DNA of 64,000 bases from assembly GCA_019828565.1 (NCBI GenBank), contig JAHDYR010000005.1, positions 719,342 through 783,341 of the forward strand, written 5' to 3'. Every line of letters begins with the position of its first letter. Position 1 is the first letter of the stretch. A program made the position numbers and the translations under genes. The notes beneath the pieces were generated by a model. That model had not been told where the DNA came from. It did no database searches and saw only the letters and a program-made list of their open reading frames with translations. This document shows, in pieces, positions 47,447-59,719 of this stretch. This stretch comes from Carpediemonas membranifera BICM (taxonomy: Eukaryota > Protista > Fornicata).

Positions 47447-47824
47447 TAAACTGGACCTAGGAAGGCTGCTTGTTTTGACCCCGTTCAGAATGAGTGAATC
47501 ACATTTGCCTTGCATTTCGATAAGGATGAGGTGACCTTTGAGTCGGCCATGGTGAGTCGGAGCCACCCGGGCGAGCGTCGCCATAGTGTGCTCCGCGGGA
47601 TTACCCGGCGAGCCCCGAGAGCCTAAGATGAGAGGGCGCAGAACCAGCCGGAACACCACGCCGGTTACCGGGAAGAGCGGTGGTCAAACATACGGCAGCA
47701 GACAACAGAGGGCAATCAGTTCGATTGTAGTCGGCGACGAACCGGTGATATCCGAGATTTTTTGAGCTCGGCTGCAGTTTAAAGCATCATCATTCGCGGA
47801 AGTTGTTTTGGCACGATATCATCA

Positions 47825-49291
47825 ATGTTCAGATATGTGGATGTACTATCACTTCCTCAATACATAATCTCAGCGCTATTCTTCATAACTGCGACACTTC
47901 TTATTTTAGTCGCGGGACTTTTGCGGCTTGCCTTCCTCGTGAAAGAGCGATCAGCGGGAGAAACAAATGTGTATACGGCTGGATTTTGGGCCATCGGCAC
48001 ATCATTTTGCTTCGCGTCAACGATCCTTCTTGGCTTACGTGCCGAGCAACTGCTCTTCACCGCCGTCCTGTCCGGCCTCTTCTTCCTCTTCTTCGTCTGC
48101 GTCGTCATCTTCCACCCGAAGACCACCCGCTGCCTCTCCCGCATCACCCGCACCGCCCACCCCGTCGCCGCCCACTCACAGCCGCTCCAATGGAGCCAGA
48201 CCGGGTCCCCCTCGGCAACGACGAGCGCGGCCACCACCACACCGCCCTCCCACAGCATGACCATGCTCGGCATAAGCCCGGCAGTGCTGGTGGCCGCCGC
48301 GGTGATCGACATCCGCACAGACAGCGGCTTCTACCGCTCCCTCTCCATCGCGGCAGGCATCGTCGCTGGGCTGGTGTCCAACATCTTTGCCGTGGTCTAT
48401 TTCGTGCCCGTGTTGTTCCAGATGTACCTCAATCACAAGGTGGCCCGGTGGGACGTGTGGCACGCCGTCGCTGTCGTGCTCATCACCGTCCTGCTGCTCG
48501 TGGGCGTCGTTATCGGCACGCCCCTGTCACTAGATGAGTTCGTCTTCTACTGCATCATCCAGTCGCCGTTCGTAAGCTTCGTCGTAGTCAGTATGGCTAT
48601 TGAAATCGCCGTCCTGGCCGTCGCGATCAACATTAAGTCGAGACACGCCGTCCCCGTGGCAAAGCTCGAGGTCGCGCCCCTCCGTAAGTACGCTACCCGG
48701 CTTGAGGAGTTCGTCTCCATCGCCAGGGGGTTCTACGACGCCGGGCTCGTCCACGGGGTCGACCTCCGCGGCCTGCAGACCGACGTGCAGACCCAGACCG
48801 AGCATGTCGTCGCCCTCGCCAGCCTCGCCCATAGCATCGCTGAGCTAGACACCATCGCGGACCGGCGACGCGTGCTCGATGAACTGTGCGAGCTGGGGCA
48901 AGCCGTGCTCAGCGTCGAGGCCCGTATCGAGACGCTTCGGGATCTAGAGGTGTGGTCCGCACGCCCGCCGATCCCGTCGGTCGAGGCGGAGCTCGTGCTC
49001 GCGTCTAACAGCCACACGAGCCTGGTGACGCAGGTGTCGACGCTGATGACGACGGCGTTCAACCTGAATGAGACCAACTGCCAGCTCTCGTTCAAGGTGC
49101 GGGATATCCAGCGCATCATCAGCGCCGGCCAGGTCTTCGCCCGGGACGACGTCCAGGTGTGGCTGTCCGAACGGGCCGCCGTGGAGCGGGCCGAGGCCCT
49201 CATCCAGGCGGGGGACCTCACAGGCGCCCAGCGGATGGCCAGTGACTACGACACAATCAAGATCTTCACGGATGTGGGGGCTAGCGCATAG
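47825..49291 (+). CDS. Hypothetical multi-pass membrane protein with helical C-terminal domain
   Basis: 488-aa ORF with about 7 hydrophobic segments in the N-terminal half. Confidence 0.7.
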   Translation: MFRYVDVLSLPQYIISALFFITATLLILVAGLLRLAFLVKERSAGETNVYTAGFWAIGTSFCFASTILLGLRAEQLLFTAVLSGLFFLFFVCVVIFHPKTTRCLSRITRTAHPVAAHSQPLQWSQTGSPSATTSAATTTPPSHSMTMLGISPAVLVAAAVIDIRTDSGFYRSLSIAAGIVAGLVSNIFAVVYFVPVLFQMYLNHKVARWDVWHAVAVVLITVLLLVGVVIGTPLSLDEFVFYCIIQSPFVSFVVVSMAIEIAVLAVAINIKSRHAVPVAKLEVAPLRKYATRLEEFVSIARGFYDAGLVHGVDLRGLQTDVQTQTEHVVALASLAHSIAELDTIADRRRVLDELCELGQAVLSVEARIETLRDLEVWSARPPIPSVEAELVLASNSHTSLVTQVSTLMTTAFNLNETNCQLSFKVRDIQRIISAGQVFARDDVQVWLSERAAVERAEALIQAGDLTGAQRMASDYDTIKIFTDVGASA

Positions 49292-49410
49292 AGCGCCGGC
49301 GTTTTTTCTGCCAATGCTGCTTTTACTTTTTATAATTACTCACAGCTCGAGTCAAGTCGCTTTTTATAAACTATATCACGAGCCCGAGGAGTCGCTCCCA
49401 CCTCCCTTTC

Positions 49411-52293
49411 TCACAGACACCGCGCCACCAGGCTCACCACCTCGCCCGCCGCGGTGCCGACGTGGATCCTGCCACCGTCATAAGAGCTGTTGAGCGCAGT
49501 GATCGCCGCCCCGACGTTAAAGCAGACGTGGGGAACAGTCTCGATGTGAACAGCCTGCCCGGGCGAGTCGAGCGCGGCCAGGACCGTGTCAGCGATGACC
49601 CAGACAGTGCCGTCGTCGTCACCGACCACAACTGTCCCGACCGCACGCGTCAGTGCAGTGATCGCGTGTCCGATGAATACGGTCGCCCTCTTTGCCGGGG
49701 CGGGTGTGCACACGGCGAGGGTCATGTCCGACGACGCCGTGACGACGAGCAGGCCCTCGGGCGGGTGGATGAACGCCGCCCCGACAATCTCGTCGTTGTG
49801 GGCCTCGGTCTCTCCGCTGCGTCTGTCGAGCAGGCTGTACGTCCGAACCATGCCGTTGGCGCAGCCGACAACGACTGTGTCGTTGCAGACATCGCACGCG
49901 GTCGGGAGGCCCATTCTGGGGCCAGCGACAGGACCCAGCGGCACGGTGAAGGTCGAGGCCGCGTCCACGGCGCCCCGACCGACCCGCCAGAGCTTGACCT
50001 GGTCGGGCGTCTTCTCTGTGCCGGTGGACACCATCAGCACGCTCATGGTCATGCTGGATTCTGACCGCCCCACGCCGACCGCGAGAGAGGTGACCGACTC
50101 GGCATGGAGTCGGACTCGCTTGACGATCTTTCCTGTGGCAAGGGAGACGGTGGCCAGCGTGCCATCTCTGCAGGCGAGGCAGAGCGCGTCCTGCACAAGG
50201 GGGTGGCCGAGGGCCTTCACGAACTTCAAACGGCCGAGGTCGATCGTGTGTTCGTGCTTGCCGTCAAGGATGTCGACGAGCATGCACTTGACGCCGAGGG
50301 CACACACGGACCGGTCGTCGATGGGTGCGACGGAGACAACAGGGCCCGGGCCGACTTTGAACCTCGGGCCGCAGTCGAGCTGGCTCGGTACTACTGCCGC
50401 GCCGAGTTTGCCGGGGAGGGCGCGCTTGGCGACTGCGACTGAGGCCCAGAAGACGGACACGACCGTGGCGGTGCGGATCGTCTCCACGTGGGCGGGGTTG
50501 ACTGGTCTCGCCACGGGCCTCGACGCCTGCTTTCCGTCCGTCGGCTCGTCCTCCCCGCCGCTGGCCGAGTCCTCCTTGCTCCACCGCACGTGGCGGGGGT
50601 GGGGGTCGACGAGGAGCTGTATGGGCGTCTGCCCGAACTCCATCACGTGCTGCCACAGGGCCGGTGTCATCGTCATCTTGGTCACCAGCGACTCGTACGT
50701 GTTAGGGTGGAAGAGGTTGTTCGCGTGAACGGCCGCCTCGCCGGATTGGAGACAGCCAAAGACGAGGTCGATCCAGAGATGGAGGTGGGTGGTCGTGTAG
50801 TTGGACTCCAGCGCGGCCCTCATCTTGCTCACGAAGTCCGCGGGCGTGTCCGCCCAGGGTGGGAGGATCACGTCGTGGACGTAGTCCCGCGTGCTCCGCT
50901 GTCCCAAATTCAGACCCCGTCGGTTTGTCAGGAAGCTGCTTGCATTCTCTGGATTGCAGTAGAACTCCGGGATCAGCTCCTTGATGTCTGTCGGCGAGGT
51001 CAGCACGCTCGTCCAGGTCTCCGCGATCGAGTGGAACAGCCGGTCTGGGGCATCGAACCGGCCTCGCTGGAGTCTCAGGATGTACTCTGGCCCGGCCCGG
51101 ATGAGGTAGTACAGGACGTATCCGGGAGCCGAGTAGTGAGTGCCAAAGAGGAACCGCTCGGCGGGGGGCAGGTCGAGCATGCGGCCCCGGAACCGGTCTA
51201 GGCGATCCTTGTTGAGGGCTCCGATGGGCTTGGACAAGTCCCTGTAGACCTTCGGGTCGCCGAGGTCGAGCTCCGTCGAGGTGTAGTCCTGCAGAACCCA
51301 CGGAAAGACGGGGTACTGGGCGACGTCCCGGAACGACCGGCCGGCCAGCATGTTCAGGGCCAGGATGTATTCGAAGTTACTGATTCTGCCCTGCACCCAG
51401 CGGCCTGTGAGGGCGTCGAGGGGCATGGGCCCACGGACTCCGTGGTCCTGGAAAAGCATGGCCGCCACCGCATCCCGGGCGGTGGGGGTGTCGAACGCGA
51501 AGTATACGGAGTCGGTGACGCTCTTGGCCCCGAAGAGGAAGGCGATAGACTTGCAGCTGGCGAAGTCGAAGACGGGGTCGAGGTCGACAACGTTGTACGA
51601 TCCCTGGGGTCCCGAGAGGAAGACCTCGAGGCCGACATGGCGCATGGCATAGCGCTGGCGGAGCTGGCCGACGATGTTCCTCAGTGACCAGCGGACGACA
51701 TCATTACCTGTGACCGCGTGGGCGGCCTGGAAGTAGAGGGCCTTGTTCGTGACGACGATGCGGCCGGAGATGCGGAGTAGAGCGATGACATAGGTCGCCG
51801 CATGCTCTTCGATGATGCTCTCGCCTGCCCTGAGAACAGTCGTGTCGAACGGCGTGCGTGCGACCTCATCGGTGAGGAACTGCTTGATCAGGTCCGCCCG
51901 CACAGACCAGTCCTGCGCGGCGATGTCCAGCAGTCGCGCCACAGTCTCGATGAGCCTAGTGGCATCGGTGGTGTCCATCTTGAAGTTGATTATAACCGGC
52001 GTCTTGACGGTGTTGAACGGCTGTCTCGGGTTGGAGATGACAGTGTGCACCTTCGCTGTCACTCTGTGCTTGCCGATGGCTCGGTCCACATCCTCGATGC
52101 CGTTCATGTCTGTGAGCGCGATTCGATATAATGGGGCATCAATAGCTGCGGGAACAAAGCTGAGTGAGGCAGTTCCAAGTACGATTCGGCCAGTTTGCAT
52201 GTCCGAGTCCTCCATCGTGTATGCTACGTAGTATGATTCCAGGAAGTTCTCATCCTCCGCGAGTTGGAGCAAATTGAACTTGTCTCGGCCCAT
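49411..52293 (-). CDS. BEACH-domain protein, FAN/NSMAF-like (PH-BEACH-WD40)
   Basis: ISNFEYILALN, GRSFRDVAQYPVFPWV, RDLSKPIG, GTHYS, ELIPEFY, WIDLVFG, FGQTPIQL. Confidence 0.92.
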   Translation of the reverse strand: MGRDKFNLLQLAEDENFLESYYVAYTMEDSDMQTGRIVLGTASLSFVPAAIDAPLYRIALTDMNGIEDVDRAIGKHRVTAKVHTVISNPRQPFNTVKTPVIINFKMDTTDATRLIETVARLLDIAAQDWSVRADLIKQFLTDEVARTPFDTTVLRAGESIIEEHAATYVIALLRISGRIVVTNKALYFQAAHAVTGNDVVRWSLRNIVGQLRQRYAMRHVGLEVFLSGPQGSYNVVDLDPVFDFASCKSIAFLFGAKSVTDSVYFAFDTPTARDAVAAMLFQDHGVRGPMPLDALTGRWVQGRISNFEYILALNMLAGRSFRDVAQYPVFPWVLQDYTSTELDLGDPKVYRDLSKPIGALNKDRLDRFRGRMLDLPPAERFLFGTHYSAPGYVLYYLIRAGPEYILRLQRGRFDAPDRLFHSIAETWTSVLTSPTDIKELIPEFYCNPENASSFLTNRRGLNLGQRSTRDYVHDVILPPWADTPADFVSKMRAALESNYTTTHLHLWIDLVFGCLQSGEAAVHANNLFHPNTYESLVTKMTMTPALWQHVMEFGQTPIQLLVDPHPRHVRWSKEDSASGGEDEPTDGKQASRPVARPVNPAHVETIRTATVVSVFWASVAVAKRALPGKLGAAVVPSQLDCGPRFKVGPGPVVSVAPIDDRSVCALGVKCMLVDILDGKHEHTIDLGRLKFVKALGHPLVQDALCLACRDGTLATVSLATGKIVKRVRLHAESVTSLAVGVGRSESSMTMSVLMVSTGTEKTPDQVKLWRVGRGAVDAASTFTVPLGPVAGPRMGLPTACDVCNDTVVVGCANGMVRTYSLLDRRSGETEAHNDEIVGAAFIHPPEGLLVVTASSDMTLAVCTPAPAKRATVFIGHAITALTRAVGTVVVGDDDGTVWVIADTVLAALDSPGQAVHIETVPHVCFNVGAAITALNSSYDGGRIHVGTAAGEVVSLVARCL

Positions 52294-52732
52294 TAGCCGA
52301 ACGACAGACGATGATGCCTAAACCTGCTCGTTTGTGCAAGGGTGGTTTCCAGGCGCCAAATGGCGATTCAGGGGCTATACAAGGCTTATAGGATGACTAA
52401 TTCTAGAGTGAGCTAATGTTATCCTCCAGCGTGGCGAGCTCCGTCGTCGGCGGCGATTCATGAAAGAATCGAGACGCATACACCTTCTCCATTAGCAGGC
52501 CCCTGCCCGCTGTGGCTATGTCGAACTCTGACGGCTCTGAGGTGGGGTCAAATCAGATTTCACTTTTGATGAAGCCACCAACTGATTATTCCTGATTACT
52601 CACTTGCGGGCTTAATACGCCATCAAATTCTTAGTCAGGTGATCTTTGCTGCTTCGGCGGCTGAGAACCACCCCAATTGTGTCGGAGATAGATGTGGCTC
52701 CGCCATGGCCACCGCACTTTAAGACACAACTG

Positions 52733-53344
52733 ATGTCGCAGCTGCACGACGTTTCATCAATCCACGACTGCAAAATTGTGCTCCTTGGGGACTCTGGTGT
52801 TGGAAAATCATCATTGGTTCTTCGATTTGTCAACAACACCTTCTCTCCATGGCAGGAATCGACGATCGGTGCTTCCTTCCTAACCAAGACAATTGTCGTT
52901 GATGACATGGCCTACAAATATCAAATATGGGATACTGCTGGCCAGGAGAAGTATCACACGCTGATTCCTATGTATTATCGTGATGCTTCTGCGGCCATTA
53001 TTGTGTACGACATCACAAAGCCTGAGACTTTCGACGCTGTCAAGGCCTGGGTCAAGGAGCTTCGCACAATGGGCTCGCCCGACACAGTTGTCGCCATTGC
53101 GGGAAACAAGTGCGATCTTGCGGAGAACAGGGCTGTTGCGGTGGAGTCCGCCCAGGCGTACGCCGATGAGATCGGGGCTCTGTTCATCGAAACATCCGCT
53201 AAGACTGCTGAGAACGTACCTGAGATGTTCCGACGCATCCCCGCAATGCTCCCTGCAAGTGTGACGAGCACGAAAGCCGACGATCTTGTTCTCGTTGCTG
53301 CGGCTACGGATAAGCCCAATAGTGAGTCTGGTGGATGTTGCTGA
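52733..53344 (+). CDS. Rab GTPase, Rab5/Rab22 group
   Basis: [37 protein letters not shown]-terminal CC. Confidence 0.92.
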   Translation: MSQLHDVSSIHDCKIVLLGDSGVGKSSLVLRFVNNTFSPWQESTIGASFLTKTIVVDDMAYKYQIWDTAGQEKYHTLIPMYYRDASAAIIVYDITKPETFDAVKAWVKELRTMGSPDTVVAIAGNKCDLAENRAVAVESAQAYADEIGALFIETSAKTAENVPEMFRRIPAMLPASVTSTKADDLVLVAAATDKPNSESGGCC

Positions 53345-53702
53345 TATAAATATGTATGCTGTTGTCTGCGGTCCTGTTCCGGAAGGCACAGTATTTGGTC
53401 GGGTCTGATCCGAACTTAAGCTCAGCTACTCGTGACGCATCGTATAGCGCCGTTACTATGTCATGATAGTCAGGAAAGCCGTTCTTGGGGCGATGCTCGT
53501 GCATCCATCCCCAACCTACTATTTGTAAGAACGAGAGTCGACCCATTTTCTGCCCAGACTGAGACAAAATCGACATTTTGAACGAGATGGCACCAATATG
53601 CTGTCTTAATGCGCTCAGATATGCATATGACTCAGCCAAAAGTTTAAGCCACTTTTGCACGAAAGGAGTCAACCGTAATCCTTTGAGCTTCGAGAAGTAC
53701 AA

Positions 53703-54156
53703 AGTACGTCGTCCAGGACGCTGTGGGCCTTAATGGACCGCCGTCTGTGTTCTCTACTCTTACTTAGTGCGTGTGAACGTTCTTGCTGACACTCTTCAGT
53801 CCATCGTCAACGCTGAGCGCCGTGGCAAGCGCCAGGTGATGTGCCGCCCCGCTTCCAAGGTCTCCGTCCACTTCCTCGGCCTCATGCAGAAGCATGGCTA
53901 CATCGGTGACTTCACTGTCATCGATGACCACCGCGCTGGCAAGATCTGCGTCAACCTGATCGGTCGCCTCAACAAGACCCGCGTCATCTCTCCCCGTTAC
54001 GACGTTGCTCACGAGGACATCGAGCAGTGGGTCCAGCGCCTCCTCCCCTCCCGTCTTTTCGGCCACATCGTGCTGTCCACCTCTAAGGGCATCATGACCC
54101 ACCACGAGGCCGCTGAGAAGGGCATTGGTGGTAAGGTCATTGGCTACTTCTTCTAA
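53703..54156 (+). CDS. RPS15A: 40S ribosomal protein S15a (uS8), probable intron 53704-53767
   Basis: [54 protein letters not shown]; ATG formed by splicing. Confidence 0.93.
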
Positions 54157-54961
54157 TTGGTTCGCTCTGCGAACACGGTTAAATACCACCAACACTTGCT
54201 GTGGGGGCCCTGTGCGGCCGATCAAACCTCGTTTGTGCTGAAAGACAATAACAACATCAAGATCTAAAGCCGGGACACGGCGGATTACACCCAGACATCC
54301 ACGAAATGTCGCCGCTTTCAATTCAAGAACGACGAAATCATAGATTTATTAGATCACGCCGGTATCTAAAATAAATATCTAACAGTTGCATTCGATTGTT
54401 GTGTTTGAGGTACAGCTGAATCACAACGGACCCCGAGATGGTGTGCGCCGTCTTCTGTGTTAGGAAGAATTGATTGATTCAGTTGGATGGAATATATTTA
54501 GCGAATTCGGAACAGGTTGACGGTGGACGAAGCACCCCCGCTCTGCCGCGTACATACGGCGTGGTCGGGCTCAGTCATGTGAGCAAGAACTTTATGCTTC
54601 TCTGGCGTTGCAACGTTAATCACGTTAATCTTGACTGGACCGCGACGACCTCCCGTAGCTCTGCTCTGAATGGCCTCCAAGAAGCTACATAGCTGTTATG
54701 CTGTGACCTTCTCCACATCAACAGAATACTTTGTGAAGTATTACCTCTGGAGCTCCGACTGTTTGTTCTTCTTGACTTTCCCACTAACGGGCCGGATAAG
54801 CCCCGGTCTAGCGAGGAAATTTCCATTCTTACAAAGTGCAGAGATATCCCCTCTTCTCTCGCGTTATCGGCGTTCCCGTTGGCGGCTCCGTCAGTCTGTT
54901 CGTGCATCGTGGAGCGATTCTCCGCCTTCCTGGCGAACGAGAGGCCCCAACCCCTGCGGAC

Positions 54962-55591
54962 ATGAACGTCAAGCTCACACTCATAGAGAAGCGAGACGTC
55001 ACCAGTTTCCGATCACGGCCAGCGGATACACCGACACAACAGATCTGTTGTGCCCTCGTGTATCAGTCCTTAGGCGACGACTTCTTCTTCAATCGTAATT
55101 ACGCACAGTCCCTCGCCACGTACGAGGATGGACTGAGGCTCTTAGCGCTAAAGGACCCGGAGGTTCAAAAGCCACCGACCACCGTCCCCCCCGAGACCCC
55201 GCCCGAGGTCGACCTCTTTGCTCAGTCTGATTATAGCTTCAGGGCATCCATATTCAACTCGATCACCCTCGCTGCGGCCACGTCAGCCCTCATGACCCGT
55301 TCGTTTGGCGTGGTGATCGTGTACTGCGACCGGATCCTCTCCCAGGCGCCGAAGAACATCGTCGCCATTATTAGGAAGATCCAAGCTCTGAGGATGCTCA
55401 AGAAGTACGACATGGCCATGATGCTGGCCTCCAGTGCCGTTCGGCTAGCACCCGAAGACCCCAACGTCCTCCGCGAGTGGCGCCATTCCCGCATGGCACT
55501 CAAGGTCGGTATTCCCGACGACGCCGAGCTTGACGTGGCGTTTGGCGGCTCTCTGTTCATCGGCAGTCCCCAGGCCTTCTATCAGGGATAG
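54962..55591 (+). CDS. TPR-like protein
   Basis: LGDDFFFNRNYAQSLATYEDGL; APKNIVAIIRK..YDMA..AVRLAPED. Confidence 0.65.
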   Translation: MNVKLTLIEKRDVTSFRSRPADTPTQQICCALVYQSLGDDFFFNRNYAQSLATYEDGLRLLALKDPEVQKPPTTVPPETPPEVDLFAQSDYSFRASIFNSITLAAATSALMTRSFGVVIVYCDRILSQAPKNIVAIIRKIQALRMLKKYDMAMMLASSAVRLAPEDPNVLREWRHSRMALKVGIPDDAELDVAFGGSLFIGSPQAFYQG

Positions 55592-55961
55592 CATGGCCCT
55601 GCCAGCAAAGGTATTCGAGTCGGACGATGCATATTATCATTGTTACTCATATTTCCGCCGGGTGGCGTGTAATAGTCGCCCCCGTCGCGTTAAATGACGA
55701 GTTTAGTCCTGCAGGCTGAGACCGATGTTGCCGTGCTGACGCGTTGCTTGGACCTGACGGAAACCAGAGCCGTGGCGGCCCCACGCCTGCCGAGTGGCGC
55801 CATTACGTGTCCAGGGGTACATCGGCAACATCTGGTTGGGGTGGCATCAGATCAATCATCAGATCGATTTCGTGCCCGCTCATCGCATCGATCCCCGGAT
55901 GGCAGAACAGTGAACAACGTGCGTTCACTACAACACCGCTCACACAGACTTAGATAAGCAC

Positions 55962-57040
55962 ATGACTGCTATCGGAATCGACTTAGGCACCACATACTCC
56001 TGCGTTGGCGTGTTCATGAACGACCGCGTCGAGATCATCGCCAACGACCAGGGCAACCGCACCACACCCTCATACGTCGCCTTCAACGAGGACGAGCGCC
56101 TCATCGGCGAGGCCGCGAAGAACCAGACGGCGATGAACCCGACCAACACAGTCTTCGACGCGAAGCGCCTCATCGGACGGCGCTTCAACGACCGCGAGGT
56201 CCGGGCCGACATGGGCCACTGGCCGTTCAAGGTCGTCGCGGGCGCGAGCGACAAGCCGGCCGTCCAGGTGCAGCACAAGGGCGAGACCCGCACCTTCCAG
56301 GTCGAGGAGATCTCGGGCATGGTCCTGCAGAAGATGAAGGGAGACCGCCGAGGCCTACCTCGGCACGCCCGTCAGCAAGGCCGTCATCACGGTCCCCGCG
56401 TACTTCAACGACTCGCAGCGCCAGGCCACGAAGGACGCCGGCCAGATCGCGGGCCTCGAGGTCCTCCGCATCATCAACGAGCCGACCGCCGCGGCGATCG
56501 CGTACGGGCTCGACAACAAGTCGGCCGCGGAGAAGAACGTCCTGATCTTCGACCTCGGCGGCGGCACGTTCGACGTCTCGCTGCTCACCATCGACGAGGG
56601 CATCTTCGAGGTCAAGGCGACCGCGGGCGACACGCACCTCGGCGGCGAGGACTTCGACAACCGCATGGTCAACCACTTCGTGACCGAGTTCAAGCGCAAG
56701 CACAAGATGGACATCAGCGGCAACGCCCGCGCGATGCACCGTCTGCGCACGGCCTGCGAGCGCGCCAAGCGCACGCTCTCGTCGTCGACCCAGGCCGCGA
56801 TCGAGATCGACTCGCTCTACGAGGGCGTCGACTTCTTCACGAACATCACGCGCGCCCGCTTCGAGGACCTCTGCGGCGACCTCTTCCGCGGCTGCATCGA
56901 CCCCGTCCAGCGCGTGCTCACCGACGCGAAGCTCGACAAGACCAAGATCCACGAGATCGTGCTCGTCGGCGGGTCAACCCGCATCCCCAAGGTGCAGCAG
57001 CTGCTCAAGGACTTCTTCAACGGCAAGGAGCCCAGCAAGA

Positions 57041-57071
<31 letters not shown>

Positions 57072-57882
57072 CGCCGCCGTTCAGGCCGCCATCCTCGCGG
57101 GCGACAAGTCCGAGAAGGTCTCCGACCTCCTCCTGCTCGACGTCACGCCCCTCTCGCTCGGCATCGAGACCGCCGGCGGCGTGATGACGACGCTCATCAA
57201 GCGCAACACGACGATCCCCGCGCACGCCAAGGAGACGTTCTCGACCTTCGCCGACAACCAGCCCGCCGTGACTATCCAGGTCTTCGAGGGCGAGCGCGCC
57301 CGCACGCGCGACTGCAACAAGCTCGGCACGTTCGACCTGACCGGCATCCCGCCCGCGCCCCGCGGCGTCCCGAAGATCGAGGTGTCGTTCGACATCGACG
57401 CCAACGGCATCCTCCAGGTCACCGCCGAGGACAAGAGCTCGGGCAACCGCCAGCAGATCACGATCACCAACGACTCCGGCCGCCTCTCCAAGGACGACAT
57501 CGAGCGCATGGTCGCCGACGCGGAGCGGTTCAAGGCCGACGACGAGAAGGTGCGCGAGAAGGTCGAGGCGCGCAACGGCCTCGAGAACTTCGCCTACTCC
57601 CTCCGCAACACCATCGAGGACGAGAAGTTCAAGGACAAGATCTCCGCCGAGGACAAGGACAAGCTCGACGCCGAGATCAAGAACGTCATGAGCTGGCTCG
57701 ACACCCACGTCGACGCCGAGAAGGAGGAGTTCGAGGCCAAGCGCAAGGAGCTCGAGCAGGTCTCGACACCCATCATGACCAAGTTCTACGCCGAGGGCGC
57801 GCCGCAGGGCATGCCCGACATGGGCGGGGCGCCTGGCGCGACCCCATCGGGCGCCGGCCCCACGGTCGAGGAGCTCGACTGA
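55962..57882 (+). CDS. HSP70: Cytosolic Hsp70 (one apparent +1 G near 56340)
   Basis: [20 protein letters not shown]-terminal GPTVEELD. Confidence 0.95.
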
Positions 57883-58399
57883 GCATGCAGACGGACAGTT
57901 TATTAAACAGCACACTGAATTCTGATCATTTACGATATTTACCGTATTATATGGTTAACTACGACTGGCCGGTTTTGATTTCTGACTCTCACCCGTCTGG
58001 GGAGCTACAGTCGGCACATCCCCTAGATCTGTAAGCTAACTTACTCGATCTGCCAACTAGCGTAAGTAAAAATAGAAGCTTTGCAGCCCTTTACCTTACC
58101 TTACCTTACGCCTGGCTAGTAAGGGCCAATTTACCTGTGGGTGGCGTCCTCGGGAGACTGAGGCGCCTTACCGTTGATGATCTGATCCTCATCAGTTGAA
58201 AACGAAACACCAACTATGGCCGCCAATGCGGCGACCTCCGCAACCGCAAGCAAAAGGTAAAGTTTTAAGGTTACATGGTACACCTGAATAGTTAGAAGCA
58301 AAAAAGGCACTGCATCTGCTTCACAAGAGCGACGACAACGTATTATTGGCACAGCATCATTTACCACAGACTGAAAACCTAATTATCCGCTCGGATCCT

Positions 58400-58472
58400 G
58401 GTTCCATGGTGTAATTGGTTAGCACTTTGGGTTTTGATCCCAACAATCAGAGTTCGATTCTCTGTGGAACCA
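58400..58472 (+). tRNA. tRNA-Gln(TTG)
   Basis: Acceptor ggttcca/tggaacc, anticodon arm ttggg-ttTTGat-cccaa, T-arm gttcgattc, downstream T5 run. Confidence 0.95.
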
Positions 58473-58876
58473 AATTTTTCAGCCAAAGTCAGAACGCCAT
58501 AAACTGCACGGAGTCATAAGTCAATCAGTTGATGCATTTGGGAGTACTCCGCGCCTCCGCGTATAGGCTACTAGAAGCCCTGACGATTCAGCGAGGCATT
58601 AGCCCGGGGCATCCCAACTCGTGATTTCAGGGGCAACCACCTTCGAAAAATGGGCACGACCCAGCGCAACGAGTTGGAACGCTATCGCCGGGAGATTGGC
58701 TTAATCGCGAGAGCTATACGCGCGCTAGCGATCTAGGGGATGTGCCGACTGTAGCTCCCCAGACGGGTGAGAGTCAGAAATCAAAACCGGCCAGTCGTAG
58801 TTAACCATATAATACGGTAAATATCGTAAATGATCAGAATTCAGTGTGCTGTTTAATAAACTGTCCGTCTGCATGC

Positions 58877-59688
58877 TCAGTCGAGCTCCTCGACCGTGGG
58901 GCCGGCGCCCGATGGGGTCGCGCCAGGCGCCCCGCCCATGTCGGGCATGCCCTGCGGCGCGCCCTCGGCGTAGAACTTGGTCATGATGGGTGTCGAGACC
59001 TGCTCGAGCTCCTTGCGCTTGGCCTCGAACTCCTCCTTCTCGGCGTCGACGTGGGTGTCGAGCCAGCTCATGACGTTCTTGATCTCGGCGTCGAGCTTGT
59101 CCTTGTCCTCGGCGGAGATCTTGTCCTTGAACTTCTCGTCCTCGATGGTGTTGCGGAGGGAGTAGGCGAAGTTCTCGAGGCCGTTGCGCGCCTCGACCTT
59201 CTCGCGCACCTTCTCGTCGTCGGCCTTGAACCGCTCCGCGTCGGCGACCATGCGCTCGATGTCGTCCTTGGAGAGGCGGCCGGAGTCGTTGGTGATCGTG
59301 ATCTGCTGGCGGTTGCCCGAGCTCTTGTCCTCGGCGGTGACCTGGAGGATGCCGTTGGCGTCGATGTCGAACGACACCTCGATCTTCGGGACGCCGCGGG
59401 GCGCGGGCGGGATGCCGGTCAGGTCGAACGTGCCGAGCTTGTTGCAGTCGCGCGTGCGGGCGCGCTCGCCCTCGAAGACCTGGATAGTCACGGCGGGCTG
59501 GTTGTCGGCGAAGGTCGAGAACGTCTCCCTTGGCGTGCGCGGGGATCGTCGTGTTGCGCTTGATGAGCGTCGTCATCACGCCGCCGGCGGTCTCGATGCC
59601 GAGCGAGAGGGGCGTGACGTCGAGCAGGAGGAGGTCGGAGACCTTCTCGGACTTGTCGCCCGCGAGGATGGCGGCCTGAACGGCGGCG

Positions 59689-59719
<31 letters not shown>

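Noticed and set aside
55962-58034. 690-aa Hsp70 with an Arg-rich tail, or programmed frameshifting
   Set aside because: Single homopolymer indels at different sites in the two copies; most likely errors.
58088-58109. (TTACC)n telomere-like repeat
   Set aside because: Only about four units, internal; a simple microsatellite.
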